From NCBI GenBank assembly GCA_964016885.1, contig OZ024754.1, positions 15,624,001 through 15,688,000 on the forward strand: 64,000 nt of DNA. The letters are read 5' to 3'. The DNA is from Eledone cirrhosa (taxonomy: Eukaryota). Position numbers and translations under genes: made by a program. Positions 1-15,350 of this stretch are shown here, in pieces. The notes under the pieces were generated by a model. It did no database searches. It saw only the letters and a list, made by a program, of their open reading frames with translations, and was not told where the DNA came from. How positions within the stretch are numbered: position 1 is the stretch's first letter; every line of letters begins with the position of its first letter.

Positions 1-3000
1 TGGTAGTGTCATAGAACATGGTACTGTCATAGAACATGGTACTGTCACAGAACATGGTACTGTCACAGAACATGGTACTGTCATACAACATGGTACTGTC
101 ACAGAACATAGTACTGTCATAGAACATGGTACTGTCATAGAACATGGCACTGTCACAGAACATGGTACTGTCTTAGAACGTGGTACTGTCACAGAACATG
201 GTACTGTCATATAACATGGTACTGTCATAGAACATGGTACTCTCATAGAACATGGTTCTGTCACAGAACATGGTACTGTCACAGGGCATGGTACTGTCAT
301 AGAACATGGTACTGTCACAGAACATGGTACTGTCATAGAACATAGTACTCTCATAGAACATGGTACTCTCATAGCACATGGTACTGTCACAGAACATTGT
401 ACTGTCATAGAACATGGTACTGTCATAGAACATGGTACTGTAATAGAACATGGTACTCTCATAGAACATGGTACTGTCACAGAACATTGTACTGTCACAG
501 AACATGGTACTGTCATAGAACATGGTACTGTCATAGAACATGGTACTGTAATAGAACATGGTACTCTCATAGAACATGGTACTGTCATAGAACATTGTAC
601 TGTCACAGAACATGGTACTGTCATAGAACATGGTACTCTCATAGAACATGGTACTCTCATAGAACATGGTACTCTCATAGAACATGGTACTGTCATAGAA
701 CATGGTACTCTCATAGAACATGGTACTGTCATAGAACATGGTACTGTCACAGAACATGGTACTGTCATAGAACATGGTACTGTCATAGAACAGTGTACTG
801 TCACAGAACATGGTACTGTCACAGAACATGGTACTGTCATAGAACATGGTACTGTCACAGAACATGGTACTGTCATAGAACATGGTACTGTCATAGAACA
901 TGGCACTGTCACAGAACATGGTACTGTCTTAGAACGTGGTACTGTCACAGAACATGGTACTGTCATAGAACATGGTACTGTAATAGAACATGGTACTCTC
1001 ATAGAACATGGTACTGTCATAGAACATTGTACTGTCACAGAACATGGTACTGTCATAGAACATGGTACTCTCATAGAACATGGTACTCTCATAGAACATG
1101 GTACTCTCATAGAACATGGTACTGTCATAGAACATGGTACTCTCATAGAACATGGTACTGTCATAGAACATGGTACTGTCACAGAACATGGTACTGTCAT
1201 AGAACATGGTACTGTCATAGAACAGTGTACTCTCACAGAACATGGTACTGTCACAGAACATGGTACTGTCATAGAACATGGTACTGTCACAGAACATGGT
1301 ACTGTCATAGAACATGGTACTGTCATAGAACATGGCACTGTCACAGAACATGGTACTGTCTTAGAACGTGGTACTGTCACAGAACATGGTACTGTCATAT
1401 AACATGGTACTGTCATAGAACATGGTACTCTCATAGAACATGGTACTGTCACAGAACATGGTACTGTCACAGAACATGGTACTGTCATAGAACATGGTAC
1501 TGTAATAGAACATGGTACTCTCATAGAACATGGTACTGTCACAGAACATTGTACTGTCACAGAACATGGTACTGTCATAGAACATGGTACTGTCATAGAA
1601 CATGGTACTGTAATAGAACATGGTACTCTCATAGAACATCGTACTGTCATAGAACATGGTACTCTCATAGAACATGGTACTCTCATAGAACATGGTACTG
1701 TCATAGAACATGGTACTCTCATAGAATAAGATACTGCAATAGAACATGGTACTTTCACAGAACATGGTACTGTCATAGAACATGGTACTGTCACAGAACA
1801 TGGTACTGTCACAGAACATGGTACTGTCATAGAACATGGTACTCTCATAGAACATGGTACTCTCATAGAACATGGTACTGTCATAGAACATGGTACTGTC
1901 ATAGAACATGGTACTGTCATAGAACATGGTACTGTCATAGAACATGGTACTGTCACAGAACATTGTACTGTCACAGAACATGGGTACTGTCATAGAACAT
2001 GGTACTGTCATAGAACATGGTACTGTCATAGAATATGGTACTATCATAGAACATGGTACTCTCATAGAACATGGTACTGTCACAGAACATGGAACTGTCA
2101 TAGAATATGGTATTGTCATAGAACATGGTACTGTCGCAGAACATGTTACTGTCACAGAACATGGTACTGTCACAGAACATGGTACTGTCATAGAACATTG
2201 TACTGTCATAGAACATGGTACTGTCACAGAACATGGTACTGTCATAGAACATGGTACTGTCATAGAACATGGTACTGTCATAGAACATGGTACTGTCATA
2301 GAACATGGTACTGTCATAGAACATGATACTGTCATAGAACATTGTACTGTCATAGAACATGGTACTGTCATATAACATGTAACTATCATATAACATGGTA
2401 CTGTCACAGAACATGTTACTCTCTTAGAACATGGTACTGTCACAGAACATGGTACTGCCATAGAAGATGGTACTGTGACAGAACATGGTACTGTCATAGA
2501 ACATGGTACTGTCACAGAACATGGTACTGTCACAGAACGTGGTACTGTCATAGAACATTGTACTGTCATAGAACATGGTACTGTCATAGAACATGGTACT
2601 GTCATAGAACATGGAACTGTCATAGAACATGGTACTGTCATAGAACATATTACTGTCATAGAACATGGTACAGTCACAGAACATGGTACTGTCATAGAAC
2701 ATGGTACTGTCATAGAACATGGTACTGTCACAGAACATGGTACTGTCATAGAACATGGTACTGTCATAGAACATGGTACTGTCATAGAACATGGTACTGT
2801 CACAAAACATGGAACTGACATAGAATATTATTGTGTCACAGAACATGGTACTGTCATATCACATGGTACTGTCACAGAACATGGTACTGTCATAGAACAT
2901 GGTACTGTAATAGAACATGCTACTGCCATAGAACTTGGCACTGTCATAGAACATGGTACTGTCACAGAATATGGTACTGTCACAAAACATTGTACTGTCA

Positions 3001-5890
3001 TAGAACATGGTACTGTCACAGAACATGGTACTGTCATATAACATGGTACTGCCATAGAACTTGGTACTGTCACAGAACATGGTACTGTCATAGAACATGG
3101 TACTGTCACAGAACATGGTATTGTCATAGAACATGGTACTCTCACAGAACATGGTAGTGTCATAGAACATGGTACTGTCATAGAACATGGTACTGCCATA
3201 GAACATGGTACTGTCACAGAACATGGTACTGTCATAGAACATGGTACTGTCACAGAACATGGTACTCTCATAGAATATGGTACTGTCATAGAACATGGTA
3301 CTGTCATAGAACATGGTACTCTCATACAACATGGTACTGTCATAGAACATGGTACTCTCATAGAATAAGATACTGCAATAGAACATGGTACTTTCACAGA
3401 ACATGGTACTGTCATAGAACATGGTACTGTCATAGAACATGGTATTGTCACAGAACATGGTACTGTCATAGAACATGGTACTGTCATAGAACATGGTACT
3501 GTCTCAGAACATAGTACTGTCATAGAACATGGTACTGTCACAGAAAATGGTACTCTCATAGAACATGGTACTGTCATAGAACATGGTACTGTCATAGAAC
3601 ATGGTACTCTCGTACAACATGGTACTGTCATAGAACATGGTACTGTCATAGAATAAGATACTGCAATAGAACATGGTACTTTCACAGAACATGGTACTGT
3701 CATAGAACATGGTACTGTCATAGAACATGGTACTGTCATAGAACATGGTATTGTCACAGAACATGGTACTGTCATAGAACATGGTACTCTCATAGAACAT
3801 GGTACTCTCATAGAACATGGTACTGTCACAGAACATTGTACTCTCATAGAACATGGTACTGCCATAGAACATTGTACTGTCACAGAACGTGGTACTGTCA
3901 TAGAACATGGTACTCTCATAGAACATGGTACTTTCAAAGAACATGGTACTGTCTTATAACATGGTACTGTCTCAGAATACGGTACTGTCATAGAACATGG
4001 TACTGTCATAGAACATGGTACTGTCACAGAACATGGTACTGTCTTAGAACGTGGTACTGTCATAGAACATGGTACTCTCACAGAACATGGTACTGTCATA
4101 GAACATGGTACTGTCATAGAACATGGTACTGTCATAGAACATGGTACTGTCACAGAACATGGTACTCTCTTAGAACATGGTACTGTCACAGAACATGGTA
4201 CTGTCATAGAACATGGTACTGTCATAGAACATGGTACTGTCACAGAACATGGTACTGTCACAGAACATGGTACTGTCATACAACATGGTACTGTCACAGA
4301 ACATAGTACTGTCATAGAACATGGTACTGTCATAGAACATGGCACTGTCACAGAACATGGTACTGTCTTAGAACGTGGTACTGTCACAGAACATGGTACT
4401 GTCATATAACATGGTACTGTCATAGAACATGGTACTCTCATAGAACATGGTACTGTCACAGAACATGGTACTGTCACAGGGCATGGTACTGTCATAGAAC
4501 ATGGTACTGTCACAGAACATGGTACTGTCATAGAACATAGTACTCTCATAGAACATGGTACTCTCATAGCACATGGTACTGTTACAGAACATTGTACTGT
4601 CATAGAACATGGTACTGTCATAGAACATGGTACTGTAATAGAACATGGTACTCTCATAGAACATGGTACTGTCACAGAACATTGTACTGTCACAGAACAT
4701 GGTACTGTCATAGCACATGGTACTGTCATAGAACATGGTACTGTAATAGAACATGGTACTCTCATAGAACATGGTACTGTCATAGAACATTGTACTGTCA
4801 CAGAACATGGTACTGTCATAGAACATGGTACTCTCATAGAACATGGTACTCTCATAGAACATGGTACTCTCATAGAACATGGTACTGTCATAGAACATGG
4901 TACTCTCATAGAACATGGTACTGTCATAGAACATGGTACTGTCACAGAACATGGTACTGTCATAGAACATGGTACTGTCATAGAACAGTGTACTGTCACA
5001 GAACATGGTACTGTCACAGAACATGGTACTGTCATAGAACATGGTACTGTCACAGAACATGGTACTGTCATAGAACATGGTACTGTCATAGAACATGGCA
5101 CTGTCACAGAACATGGTACTGTCTTAGAACGTGGTACTGTCACAGAACATGGTACTGTCATATAACATGGTACTGTCATAGAACATGGTACTCTCATAGA
5201 ACATGGTACTGTCACAGAACATGGTACTGTCACAGAACATGGTACTGTCATAGAACATGGTACTGTAATAGAACATGGTACTCTCATAGAACATGGTACT
5301 GTCACAGAACATTGTACTGTCACAGAACATGGTACTGTCATAGAACATGGTACTGTCATAGAACATGGTACTGTAATAGAACATGGTACTCTCATAGAAC
5401 ATCGTACTGTCATAGAACATTGTACTGTCACAGAACATGGTACTGTCATAGAACATGGTACTCTCATAGAACATGGTACTCTCATAGAACATGGTACTCT
5501 CATAGAACATGGTACTGTGACAGAACATGGTACTGTCACAGAACATGATACTGTCATAGAACATGGTACTCTCATAGAACATGGTACTCTCATAGAACAT
5601 GGTACTGTTATAGAACATGGTACTGTCATAGAACATGGTACTGTCATAGAACATGGTACTGTCATAGAACATGGTACTGTCATAGAACATGGTACTGTCA
5701 CAGAACATTGTACTGTCACAGAACATGGCTACTGTCATAGAACATGGTACTGTCATAGAACATGGTACTGTCATAGAATATGGTACTATCATAGAACATG
5801 GTACTCTCATAGAACATGGTACTGTCACAGAACATTGTACTGTCATAGAACATGGTACTGTCATAGAACATGGTACTGTCATAGAACATG
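1..5890. repeat. 18-bp tandem satellite, consensus AGAACATGGTACTGTCAY, with higher-order duplications
   Basis: Period 18 read directly. The 6-aa repeat ORFs (MFYDST / RTWYCH / EHGTVI) occur in all frames. Variant blocks recur at offsets 4195, 3745 and 432. The array runs off the window start. Confidence 0.97.
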
Positions 5891-5917
5891 GGGTTCCAAA
5901 GAACATAGGTCTCTTAT

Positions 5918-6335
5918 TTTGTTACTGTTGCTGCTTTCGTTGTTACTGTCGCTGTTACTGTTGTTGTTACTGTTGTTGTTCCTGTTGTTGTTACTGTTGT
6001 TGTTACTGTTGTTGTTCCTGTTGTTGTTGCTGTTGTTTTTACTGTTGTTGTTGTTACTGTTGTTACTGTTGTTTGTACTGTTGTTGTTGTTACTGTTGTT
6101 ACCGTTCTTGTTACTGTTTTTGTTACTGTTGTTGTTGTTGTTACTGTTGCTGCTGTTGTTGTTGTTGTTGCCACTGTTGTTGTGTTTTATTGTTTATTAT
6201 TGTGGAGACGTCTCCTTAATATTTACTGACAGAAAGTAGACGAACGTATATGGATCGAAATCTTTATTGTATTATCAACTATCGGTTTTTTCACTAAGAT
6301 GAAATTGTTGTTGTTGCTGTTGTTGTTATTGTTGC

Positions 6336-6408
<73 letters not shown>

Positions 6409-6440
6409 GCTGTTGCTACTGTTGCTGCTGGTGGTGGTGG
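5918..6440. repeat. Degenerate (GTT)n/(CTGTTGTTGTTA) and pure (GTT)n trinucleotide tracts
   Basis: Visible at 5918-6185 and 6306-6430; source of the poly-L/C/T/N ORFs. Confidence 0.9.
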
Positions 6441-6743
6441 TGGGGGTGTCTGTTCTTGTGGTTGGATATTTTGTTATTTTTTCCTGTTCAGATTTCAATC
6501 ATGTAGGCAGTATTCTAGTAAATATCTGTTAATACATCTTCCTTTATTTCCAACAATCCCCACAATCTGTGTCAAACCGCCATCACCACCACCACCATCA
6601 CCCACGCATGTTTTCTCGCCATTTTCTTTTTTTTTTGTAACTGACATATTTTAATGTCTGTTTCCAAAGTTATTTGCCAAACATTCTCGTAAGTTTGCCA
6701 AATTCTTTGTTCGGTTGCTGAAAGAGACACCTTGGTTTTGTTT

Positions 6744-6750
6744 TAGTAGC

Positions 6751-6822
<72 letters not shown>
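6744..6822. repeat. (TAG)n microsatellite
   Basis: Direct reading. Confidence 0.95.
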
Positions 6823-6827
<5 letters not shown>

Positions 6828-6838
6828 CGAAGTCTGTG

Positions 6839-7052
6839 AATGGCAGATGGCAGAATCGGTAGTAAATCCTTGAAACCGAATATCTTGCAGTATAATTTAG
6901 TGAAGGCCTTTCCTTGACTAAGCGTTCTTAGTTCAAATATCGCCGAAGTCAAATTTTGCCTCCTTTAATCCTTCCGGGAGTCGATGAAATATAGCTCCAG
7001 TTAGATACTGGGGTCAATTGCTGGCATTGTGCCTAAATTAGAAACCATCATT
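6839..7052 (+). mobile_element. tRNA-derived SINE (octopus OK-like)
   Basis: A-box-like TGGCAGAATCGG, B-box GTTCAAAT and the shared core (TTTGCCTYYCATCCTT..GGGGTCGAT..AAT..CCAGT...CTGGGGTC) also seen at 8.1, 8.2, 12.2 and 12.6 kb. Family name is from memory. Confidence 0.75.
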
Positions 7053-7063
7053 AAACAAGGTTA

Positions 7064-7948
<885 letters not shown>

Positions 7949-8059
7949 GGAGAGTTTTGAGCTGACCAATCGCGAAACGCGCGTCACACCTCAATAAATG
8001 TAATGAAGATTTAACACTTCGTCCTTTTTATTATTATTAGTAGTATATTATTATTAGTA

Positions 8060-8373
8060 ATTAGCATAGAGTTACGGCCCTTTACGGCCTAAGTTCAAAT
8101 ACCGCTGAGGTTAACTTTGTCTTTCATCCTTACAGGGTCGATAAAATAAAGCACCAGTAACATACTGGGATCGATTTAATTGACTTCCCCTTGTGCCGAT
8201 ACGAGAAATCATTATTAGTAGTATATATAGAGGGCGGTGGATTGGCAGTATCGGTTGAGAGTCGGACGCCATGCTTTACAGCATAGAGTTACCGCCCTTA
8301 TGATCTGAGTTCAAATCCCGCCGAGGTTAACTTTGCCTTTCATCCTTACGGGGTCGATAAAATAAAGTATCAG
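8060..8373 (+). mobile_element. Two OK-like SINE copies (5'-truncated 8060-8215; 3'-interrupted 8231-8373)
   Basis: GGGCGGTGGATTGGCAGTATCGG...GAGTTCAAATCCCGCCGAGGTTAACTTTGCCTTTCATCCTTACGGGGTCGATAAAATAAAGTA, near-identical to 12632-12826. Confidence 0.8.
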
Positions 8374-8375
8374 AC

Positions 8376-8898
8376 ACGCTCTGATTTAGCGCAGAATATT
8401 AATAGAATTAATAATAGAAATTTAAAACCTAACCAAAATACCACTAATAACCCCAGCAATATCCAATTTTATAAATGTAACTGTAGAAATAAATCTAATT
8501 GCCCGTTAAATAACAATTGCTTAGCTAAAAATATAGTATATAATTGTAATGTAATAACTAATTTAAATTCATTTAATTATGTAAGATCTACTTCCAAAGA
8601 GTTTAAATCTCGTTTTAATAACCATAAAAGCTCTTTTACGCATTTAAACAAAAAATCTTCAACTTCTCTATCTAGCTTATTATGGGACCTCAAATTAAAG
8701 AACGTTAAATATTCGTTACTTTGGAATATTATTTCAAAAGCTACTCCTTTTAATTCCTCTTCAGAAAATTGTGATCTTTGTATAGAGGAAATATTCTTTA
8801 TATTAAAAGGCAAAAATTCCCTAAATGTAAGAAGCAATCTATTCAGTTGCTGCAGACATAGATTGAACTCAACGTTTAAATATAAATTTAAAATGTAA
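8376..8898 (+). pseudogene. 5'-truncated PLE: GIY-YIG endonuclease C-terminus
   Basis: Manual translation KCNCRNKSNCPLNNNCLAKNIVYNCNV...NYVRSTSKEFKSRFNNHKSSF...CDLCIEE...CCRH is homologous to the end of ORF 22195-23862. YIG has mutated to YVR. Missed by the ORF track because there is no start codon. Confidence 0.85.
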
Positions 8899-9402
8899 TA
8901 TATAATTAATTCTATTAATATATTGAACCTATCGATAAATCATTAGGTTCCTTCATTTGACTGCTTAAACTCTCAAATATAAAAAATTTTTCCTAGTAAA
9001 TTTTTGTAGATGAACATACCGAAAGCTCTTAAAAGGAGAAAATATTTTCTTTGAAAGGTTTCTCCTATTTTTGAAAGTTTCTCTTTTGAAAGTTTCTCTT
9101 TCTTTTTCTTTGAAAATTTCCCATATAGTTACAAAATTAAGTTAAACATACTGAGAGTTAAATATTGTATAACAAATTTAAATTTTATACTCAATTTTTT
9201 AGACATATTCTTATTTTAAAATTATATCTTAAGATATTCTGTAATTTTTTAAAATTATTTTTTTTTAAATTATATTGCTTTAAAGTTATATTGCTTATAA
9301 TTGTAAGAATATATTTCCAAATCGTAATATAATTCATTTTTATCTTTTTTTTTTTATATATTATGTACTTCAATTATACTATGTTACTATGTACCGTACA
9401 TT

Positions 9403-9479
<77 letters not shown>

Positions 9480-10620
9480 CATATCTACCTGTATGTGTAT
9501 ATATGTCTATGTGTATATATGTGAGAGTTGTGTGTATATATATATATGCATACAATTCAAATGCACTCGGTTATAAGGGTTTCCTTAAGGTTCGTGATAA
9601 ACAAACTTATATAATAACAGTCACAACTACAGTACATAACAGGTGGATTTAGTAAATATAAAATTTATAATATAACGTTTGTATTATAACATAAGGTTTC
9701 TATAATCATAAATCTCCTTTGTTATCTTGACATTTATAACATTTAATATAAGTAAATAACTTAATTTCCTTCACGCTGTTTTGCTATTACATAGAAATGT
9801 TTTTCTCCGTTTTTTCTCTGGTTTATCAGAATAATATATAAGTTTAAGAAAATTCCTATATCTTATACATTAAAAGTCCTTTATCTATGTGTATGGTATG
9901 TGTAGGTATATATATATATATATTTATATGTATGTGTATGTATGTGTGCGTACGTATATATATGAATATATTCTTTTAATAATATATGGGTTTTAATAAT
10001 ATATAGATTTTTAATAATATATAGATCTTAACTTTTAATGTATAGATCCCAATAATTTGATGGATAATTTAATTGATAAACTAAACATTTAATCATATTT
10101 AAACACTGGTTAAAATTCATTTTCCATTCACGAGTATTTTCCATTCACGCTTATTTACTTATTTACTTTACTCATCCAAAAATACTTATTTTTTCACTTC
10201 ATCTTAGGGCTTTCTCTTTCTCTTTCGCTTTCTCTTTTCTCTTTTCTTTTTTCTTCTTTCTCTCTTTCTCTTTTTCACGTTTTCATATTTTCCTCTTAAA
10301 GCTGGTATTTTCTTTTTTCTTTTTCTTTTTTTTTCTTTTTCTTTTTTTCTTTTTTTCTTTTTTTCTTTTTTTCTTTTTTTCTTTTTTTCTTTTTTTCTTT
10401 TTTTCTTTTTTTCTTTTTTTCTTTTTTCTCTTTCCCTATCTCCATACCCCAACGGCTTATTTTAAATCTACTGTGATTTTAAAATATCCGACACTAACTT
10501 GCATAATAGTATAAATAAATTTATAACCCCACTATCCGGGAGCTTCCAACAGAAATGGTCGCATTCTTTAAGGGTATGTCAATATTTATTTATTTTTATT
10601 TTAAAAACTGATCTATATTA

Positions 10621-10685
10621 TATTTTATCTGATGAAAGCCCACCATAATTTAACTTGGTATCCTTGAAATATGTATAATGAAATA
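10621..10685 (+). ncRNA. Type I hammerhead ribozyme, 3' pLTR of the 8376-8898 PLE
   Basis: TATTTTAT-CTGATGA-AAG..CTT-GAAA-TATGTA-TA-ATGAAATA: both core boxes, stem I and a near-palindromic stem III. Confidence 0.7.
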
Positions 10686-10844
10686 AATATGGTTTTATAA
10701 ATATAGTTTTCATTTGTTAATATATCGTATTTTTACTCCAATAATTTGAGTGCTTTATATCAGTTATAAAAATATTTGCTTGTTGTATCCCAACAATTTA
10801 AATAGAACTTCTACATATATATATATATATATGTATGTATATGC

Positions 10845-10934
<90 letters not shown>

Positions 10935-11174
10935 TACTACTGCACCAAATGACCAGCCCTGTCCACTGCCCAATTGGTCAAGCAGAGATTAAAATTGGCA
11001 CTCCCAAAATTCTTATTTAGATTTACTCATGGTATTCTCATTAGAAACCCATTATATACTTGTTTAGCAGTAAATTAATTTACCATCTGTCATATACTAT
11101 CCCCTCTTTTTCTTCCTCTATTACTAATATAAATACTTCAATTTTTCTGATTTTATCCAATTTATCCAAAATCT

Positions 11175-11283
11175 CTGAAGAAGTGACAACTGATTATACA
11201 TTTGCTATCGAATACTTGCTAACATTATATGATTACGCAAGCAGCGATACATAGGTATTCCGTCTGTTACAGAAACATATGTC
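11175..11283 (+). ncRNA. Hammerhead ribozyme with ~90-nt stem II (stem I decayed)
   Basis: CTGAAGA-A-GTGAC...TATCG..CTTGC..GCAAG..CGATA...GTTAC-A-GAAA-CATATG-TC, followed by AATAAA and (TA)n. Confidence 0.6.
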
Positions 11284-11339
11284 AATACCTAATAAATTCC
11301 TTTTTAAAAAAAGCACTTTCATTTTATATTCATCCTTTC

Positions 11340-11370
<31 letters not shown>

Positions 11371-11685
11371 GTATATATATATGTATATATATATATATAT
11401 GTTTATATATATATGTGTGTGTGTGTAAAAGGTAAACACAATAACAACACAATCGGTACAGTATATGGAAGGAATATATTAGGTTAACGCTATATAGATA
11501 TACACCATAATTTATTCATGACATTGCGCATATGATTGTCAACAGAGTATATTCCTGTTTTTCATTTTATTTCTTTTTACTTTTTATTTATGTTTCAAAC
11601 TTTCGCACTTGCATTGTTCCTTTGTCTTTTCGTTTTTTTTTACCTATATACAGCTAAAGTTTTTTTTTCATTCGTTATATATATA

Positions 11686-11775
<90 letters not shown>

Positions 11776-12176
11776 TATGTGTGTTTATGTGAAAATGTAA
11801 TTATGTTTCTGTACGTTTATTCATTTGTCCCAGTATGTGTGTGTTTGTATGTACATGCTTGTTTTTTCCAATTTTGTTTGTTTGTTTATTTGTTTTGTTA
11901 CCGGATTAATCTTATTTCTCTTACTTATCCAACCTCAGTTGCATTGTGATTACTTGTTGGCATGTCAGTTATAGGGAAAAAACTAACATTATATTATGAA
12001 TAATTATCCTACAGGAAGTCTCTCTATTTTTTAAAATATATTCTATAATATTCTATGATAAACCACATTGTTATTCTGCAGCTAGATTTCATAACAATTC
12101 AGGCACCGCATTACAATTTATTGGTTGAGAAACTTCGGAAACAAAGTTTTGTTTATGGTGATGCTGTTAATATTTA

Positions 12177-12620
12177 AGAGCGGTGGATTGGCTGAATCGG
12201 TAGAGCGTTCGGTAAAATGCTTTGTTGCATTTGTTCCTGCTTGTTACATTCTGAGTTTAACCCTTTAGCATTCACATTGCTCTATATATACTATTGTATG
12301 TTCATAGTAAAGGCTTTACCTTACATAATTATCTATCATAATATTGAATCTACGAGATTTTGATATTATTTATTTTGGGAACAATACCTTAATGTCAATA
12401 TGAGTGGCCAGTTACGGCAGATTTGAACAGAAAGAAGTGAGAGAATTCTGACCGGATATGGCCGGTTTAAAGGCTAAAGGGTTAAATCACTTCAAGTTCA
12501 ACTTTGCCTTTCATCCTTCCGCGGTCGATCAAATAAAGTACCAGTTAAGTGCTGGGGTCGATATAATCGACATTAACATTTCCCCCAGCTCAAAGACCTC
12601 GTGCCACAATTAGAAATTAT
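12177..12620 (+). mobile_element. OK-like SINE interrupted by a MITE
   Basis: The SINE head 12177-12260 resumes at 12482 (AAATCAC..AACTTTGCCTTTCATCCTTCCGCGGTCGAT). Confidence 0.75.
12261..12481. mobile_element. piggyBac-type MITE
   Basis: TTAA target duplication (12257-60, 12482-85) and TIRs CCCTTTAGC / GCTAAAGGG. Confidence 0.8.
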
Positions 12621-12631
12621 TATTATTTCTT

Positions 12632-12826
12632 GAGGGCGGTGGATTGGCAGTATCGGTAGAGGGTCGGACGCCCTGCTTTCCAGCATAGTTACGTCCCTTT
12701 ACGATCTGAGTTCAAATCCCGCCGAGGTTGACTTTGCCTTTCATCCTTACGGGGTCGATAAAATAAAGTACCAGTAATCCACTGGGTAATTGCTGGCCTT
12801 GTGGCTAAAGTAGAAACAATTATTAT
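12632..12826 (+). mobile_element. OK-like SINE
   Basis: Same head, B box and core as 8231-8373; ATT-repeat tail. Confidence 0.8.
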
Positions 12827-12929
12827 TTCTCTTTTAGGGTAGTGGATCGGTAGAATCGTTCAAATAGGTGAGGGTGGGGATAGGGGTGGTGGTGATTAAA
12901 TCAGCCCCTACTATATCAAATTGGGTAAA

Positions 12930-13580
12930 TCTAGACTTATTTTTCTCTTGTATCTTATTAAACCAAAATATAACTGAGCAAGTATTTAACCATTGAAATA
13001 ATTGTTTTACTTCTTATTTCTTTAATGATATTCTTAAGATTTTTTTACTAGCAAGACCAATTTCTGTTTTAGCAGGGTTAATAATTCTACAACTAGATCG
13101 GTTATTGAAACCTATTTTATGGTCTTTAAGTGTAATATAAACTTTAACCTTTGCTAGGCTTTCAGTTCTATTATCTTTTCTTAATTTTTCTTGCTATATT
13201 TTTAGTTTCATTATTATAGGTGTTATTTTGGGCTTTTTGATATTTAGTAGAAATATTCTGTTAAAAGTTGGTTATATAAATCGTTTTTAACTTCATATCG
13301 GAAAATACAAACTTATTATTAGAGGATTTAATATTAGAAATATCAATAGAAAGTTTGAAAATTGTTATTGTACTCACGAAATTTTAGTTGGTTGATCATA
13401 TTAACTAAGTCTAATTAGAAGGGTGGGACATATCTTTAACTCTTGGTTGATATTTGCATGATTTAATGTCAAAGTAATCCTTTGAGTTTGTATTGAACTG
13501 TCCGTCAAATATACTTAATATATTCATAGCTATGTATGAATATTTTTGACTGCAAATATATTTATTTTTTCTAAGTATGA
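12930..13580 (-). pseudogene. Decayed PLE ORF N-terminus and start of RT
   Basis: The minus strand reads YITLKDHKIGFNNRSSCRIINPAKTEIGLASKKIL, matching FNLKDHKSNFNSNPSIRLICPSKSDIGIISKKIL in the 916-aa ORF. Frameshifted; boundaries approximate. Confidence 0.75.
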
Positions 13581-13839
13581 ACTTACGTGTGTATGTGTGT
13601 ATATATGTTTTTATATGTATGTGAATATATATATTTTTCATACGTACGGTTTTATGTGTATATATGTATGTTTTGTATACATTTATATATTAAATTAAAT
13701 ATGTATGTATATGTATAAACGCATGTAATATAGGTGTATATATATCGTATATATGCATATATTGGCAAATGTATATATGTTATATGTATAGATGTGTGTG
13801 TGTGCGTATATATGTTTTTATGTATCTGTATGTGTGTAT

Positions 13840-13870
<31 letters not shown>

Positions 13871-14087
13871 TGCATATATGATTGTGTGTGTGTCCGTGTG
13901 TGTGTATGTGTTTGTATGTATGTATATATATATATATATATATATGAAAAGTGTAAGTTTCTACACAAAACGAAGGTTATAGAGAAAATTGAGGTTGGTA
14001 ATGGCACATGGAATATATAAGAGACAGAATACTTTTTTGTGAAAAAACATATAATTTTATAAGGTAAGGAAAGAATAAAGGGTATAA

Positions 14088-14135
14088 AAAATGACCGGTT
14101 TCGATGGGTCTGCAAAAGCCATCTTTTCAAATGTT
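14088..14135 (-). ncRNA. Decayed minimal hammerhead ribozyme
   Basis: Minus strand TTGAAAA-GATGG..CCATC-GAAA-CCGG-TC: perfect stem II and palindromic stem III, but the first core box is mutated from CTGANGA. It lies 3' of the 15351-15620 endonuclease fragment. Confidence 0.55.
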
Positions 14136-14493
14136 GATTAATATTAAGAAAAATTAATAATAAGAAGAGTTAAAATTTGAGATTTGCAAAGTCAAGTATA
14201 AAATTCAGTGTGGGATTTCATAGTGGTTTTCATCTTGGTAGCAGCAAGTTGACTGCTGTGTGTCCCTTTCTGGTAGTGAATGAGGAGTTATTTGTGGGGA
14301 GTGGTTTTTTTATAAAGGTCAGATTTAGCAATGGCCAGATGGCCAGCTGCTGGTCAGTGAGGGAGTGGAAGCAATATACATACATATATCTCCCTGTGGT
14401 CGGTAGGAGAGGGGAGAGTGATAGAAAGGGATTTAGTGCACTTACACCTATATATACACACATACCCTCATCCACACACACATACATATACAT

Positions 14494-14544
<51 letters not shown>

Positions 14545-14764
14545 CACACACATACATACACACACACACACACACATACATATACATACACACATACACA
14601 CATACACACACACACACACACACATATACACATACACATCATATATATACACACACACACACATACATACACATATATATATGTATATGTACATACACAT
14701 ATATATATGTACATACACATATATACACATATATATATATATATGTACATACACATATATACAC

Positions 14765-14799
<35 letters not shown>

Positions 14800-15350
14800 T
14801 ACATACACACACACACATATATACATACACACATACAAACACACACACACACACACATATATATACACATACGCATACATCCAGATACACACATACATAC
14901 ACACACACACACAATACATACACATACATACATTCACATGCACACACATACACACACACACATACATACACCACACACACATAGAGAAATGGCCTCCAAA
15001 TATATATATATACATACATACACATATATTTTTTCCATAATATAAGAAGTTAGGACAGTGAAATTAAAATACAAGTCATTCTGATCACATTGAGTTCGTC
15101 ATGTAGATTGGGCCCCGCAACCGACAGTGGTGAATTCTGTGTGCGCATATATATATAGATATATGTGTGTGCACGTGCAGGGTTTAACATGGATGTGTTG
15201 GTCACACAAAGGCATGGTCTGTCAACGAATAAACCTGATTCTACAGAATTGGTCTCCGGTCTTTAATAGTAGTGATAATTATATACATGCACACATACAC
15301 ACACATATCTGTCACTCCGTGCGTATGTGTGTTTATATTTTATGACAATT

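Noticed and set aside
1-5890. CRISPR array or transcription-factor site array (AGAACA, p53-like GAACATG)
   Set aside because: There are no unique spacers and the context is eukaryotic. The motif matches are partial and unsupported.
173-5906. Long ORFs (up to 963 aa) of 6-aa repeats
   Set aside because: They occur in several frames on both strands because the 18-bp unit lacks stops; there is no coding signature.
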